Shown here piece by piece: positions 61,510 to 64,000 of a stretch of DNA of 64,000 nucleotides. Position 1 is the stretch's first letter, and each line of letters starts with the position of its first letter. Made by a program: the position numbers and the translations under genes. Below the pieces are notes generated by a model, which was not told where the DNA came from, ran no database searches, and saw nothing but the letters and a program-made list of their open reading frames with translations. The DNA is from Candidatus Entotheonellaceae bacterium (GTDB lineage Bacteria; Tectomicrobia; Entotheonellia; Entotheonellales; Entotheonellaceae), in NCBI GenBank assembly GCA_965238075.1, contig OZ250173.1, positions 128,001-192,000 on the forward strand, read 5' to 3'.

Positions 61510-61743
61510 AGCGGTTTCCTCGACGAGTGTGCGGCGGCGTGGGCCGCCCGGGTGTTTGGGTGGACCTGTTCGGTCAGGGGTTGAAACGGCATTGTAAAGC
61601 AGCCGCCCGGCGGCCGTCTACCGTGCCAAGTGGCCGTTTGATTGCCCGATGAGGCGAGCGTAGGATAACTGTCCCGCAAGGGGCGAGGACCAATGTCAAC
61701 GGCCTTGTCAGGACATCATCCGCTCAATTTCAGGAGTGCGACC

Positions 61744-63393
61744 ATGTATACCTTGGACGTGTTGAATCCCGTCGCCCAGCAAAGGGGCGTGTTGACCACG
61801 AGGCCAATCAACCCGCGGCCCGCCAGCCTGCACCGCAAAACCGTCGGGCTGCTGTGGAGCGGTACGCATGGCGGCGACGTGGCGCTGAAACGCGTGGGCG
61901 AGCTTATTCAAGAGATGTTCACCGACGTGACCGTCAATTTCTACACTGGCGGCAACTACCCTGCCCCGCCATCGATCGTCCGGCAAGCCGCCGAGGAGTG
62001 TGACGTGGTCGTCGGCGCCACCGCCGATTGAGGAACTTGCGCGTCGTGGATGTGCCACGACATGATCGAGATCGAGAAGATGGGCAAGCCCGCCGTCCCT
62101 ATCGTCTCGGGACGTTTTGAGAAAGACGCCGTCGCCAGCTCCCGAACCTTCGCCATGCCGGATCTGAAATTCGTTACCGTGCCGCGGATCTACCGAAACC
62201 TCGCCCTGAATGAATGCGTCAAGCAAACGGAACTGGCGATTGACAACCTTGTCCACGCCCTCGTGAGCGGTGGGCAGGAGGCCGAGAACGGCGCCGACGT
62301 CCACGATCCCGAGCGGCGCTATTCGTACGACGCCGATGACCGCTACGCCGCGGTGCTGCGCATGAACGAGGATTTCCTGAGCCGCGATTGGGGCGACAGC
62401 CTGCCGCTTTACCCTGCTACCCGCCAGGCGGTTGATGCGCTTCTGCAAGGCACGTGTCTGCCGCCGGATCACCTGGTGTGCGACATGCCGCCCGGCTTCG
62501 GGCTCGCCACGGTGGAGAAGATCGCCATCAATGCGGTCATGGCCGGCGCCCTGCCGGAACACATGCCGGTGGTCATCGCCGCGGTCAAGGCGTTGTCGGA
62601 ACTCGGCCCGCACGGCGGCAAGTCGCTGCTGATGTCCACCTCACCGCACGCCCCGGTGCTGGTGGTGAACGGCCCCATCGCCGAGGAAATCGGCCTCAAT
62701 CCGAGGTCCGGGCTGGGACCGGGGCGCGACAACCGGGTCAACATCACCATTGGCCGCGCCTTCTCCCTGTGTCTGCGCAACATCGGCCAGTGGTATCCCG
62801 GCCACATGGACATGGACACCATCGGCACGACCCGCAAGTTTGTGCATTGCCTGGCCGAGAACGAGGCCATGAGCCCGTGGGAGCCGTTCCACGTCGACCG
62901 GGGTTTTAGGCGGGAAGAAAGCGCCATCAGCATCTTCGTCACCGACGGCGAACTGGACGTGCAGGATCAGGGCAATACCAGCGCCGAGGGGCTGCTCAAG
63001 ACCATCGCCTACGGCTGCACCTTCGGCACCCGCAGCCTCGGGGAGCGGCACGACGCCGAGCGGCTCATTTTCATGCCGCCGGACGTCGCCCGCCCGGTGG
63101 GGGCGCAGGGTTTCAGCAAGCGCGGCGCCAGGGAATTCATCCATCACAACGCCAACGCCAGCCTCGGGAAGATGATCCAGTACATGCCCCTGGAGGGCGA
63201 AGCGCGCGTCGCCGCCAACTGGAAGTGGCTGCTGAACCACAGCGAGCAGGAGCGCCTTGGGATGACCGTCCCGGTGCTCGAAAGCGCCGAGCGTTATTAC
63301 GTTCTGGTCATCGGCGCGGACCGCGCCAAGACGCTGGTGATGCCCAGCAGCCCGAGCCCGGCAACCGTCGGCATCGACGCGTACCGGCCTTGA
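61744..63393 (+). CDS. Probable selenoprotein (549 aa): UGSC-like domain with Sec-Gly-Thr-Cys fused to a ~350-aa C-terminal domain; UGA 62029-62031 = Sec96
   Basis: The two track ORFs are in one frame separated only by TGA: GATAD-U-GTCASWMCHD...EKMGKP; SECIS-like hairpin follows; SD AGGAG before 61744. Confidence 0.8.
62043..62061 (+). promoter_or_regulatory. Putative bacterial SECIS hairpin
   Basis: GTCGTGG-ATGTG-CCACGAC, a perfect 7-bp stem starting 11 nt after the UGA. Confidence 0.6.
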
Positions 63394-63435
63394 GCAGGTT
63401 GAGCACCACAGATGAAGCGCCTGCCATTCCCGGTA

Positions 63436-63707
63436 CTAATTCGCTGTGAGAGCCCAGGCGCACCAACTGTAACACGTCCCCGTTGGGCTTCCGGTAGATG
63501 AGGAGCAGATCGGGTCTGATGTGACAGTCCCGATGATCGCCACTCCCCCGTCAAAGGGTGATCGCGGTGCAGCGGCTCGAGCGGCAGGTCGTTGACGAGC
63601 GATACCAGCACCCCGACGAGAATGGTATCCAACGCGGCGCGGTTTCGGCCCCTTCGCACGCGTTTGTAGTCCCGTTTGAACCGCCCGGTGCGCTCAATCC
63701 GGTGCAT
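63436..63707 (-). pseudogene. yafQ: YafQ/RelE family toxin, frameshifted near 63540
   Basis: FKRDYKR...HRDHPLTGEW, then DHRDCHIRPDLLLIY...LVRLGSHSEL in another frame. Confidence 0.8.
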
Positions 63708-63915
63708 TCAGGTCTTCCATCAGCGCATCGACAGTCTCAAAAGACCTTACATTGCCGAGCCGGGCGTCGCGCATGGCAGCGATGGTTTCGTCATTTGGCA
63801 CCAAGGGATCGAACGGGAGGGCTTTTTCAGCCACCACGCGCATCAGCATCATGCGAAAGGCATCGGACACCGTCAATCCAATACTGGCCAGCACAATGGT
63901 GGCTTCCTCTTAGCG
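63694..63915 (-). pseudogene. dinJ: DinJ/RelB antitoxin lacking an intact N-terminus
   Basis: EEATIVLASIGLTVSDAFRMML...LPFDPLVPNDETIAAM; an in-frame TAA lies just upstream of EEA. Confidence 0.75.
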
Positions 63916-64000
63916 CACGGATGGATGACTGCCGAAAAACTACCCCATTGCCCCTCTTCTGAAGCTACCGAGACATCAGGTACTTCCGGAACCATTCAAG

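Overview
A 64 kb window from a GC-rich Gram-negative bacterium. The gene mix resembles Tectomicrobia/Entotheonella-like or other host-associated lineages, but that is inference only. Left end: the 3' part of an Fe3+/polyamine-type ABC ATPase, a Fur-box/XRE module, a yejBEFA peptide ABC operon with a HugZ-like gene, a quinol-dependent NO reductase, tamA-tamB and a D-threonine aldolase-like enzyme. Middle (19.6-42 kb): a decayed mosaic of IS remnants (ISAs1, DDE_5, ISKra4-like ends, IS630, IS1182-like, RAYT-like), a plasmid-type parA cassette, four copies of a ~156 bp MITE and catabolic genes. Right end: a peptide ABC operon, an amidase, an IS3 element, an HflK/HflC cluster, a second Fur-box/XRE module, an enolase-superfamily enzyme, a probable selenoprotein and a dead DinJ-YafQ pair. 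Three candidates stand out. (1) An FtsH-less operon of four SPFH units, in which a His-rich DUF318 metal permease is fused to HflK and a signal-peptide-bearing acetamidase/formamidase is embedded. (2) A module present twice, 59 kb apart: palindrome, sigma70 promoter, Fur-like box, small XRE gene, and a 3' structured RNA with covarying stems and an anti-Shine-Dalgarno loop. (3) A 549-aa UGSC-like selenoprotein split by an in-frame UGA with a SECIS-like hairpin 11 nt downstream. All family calls come from motif recognition by eye, not from searches.
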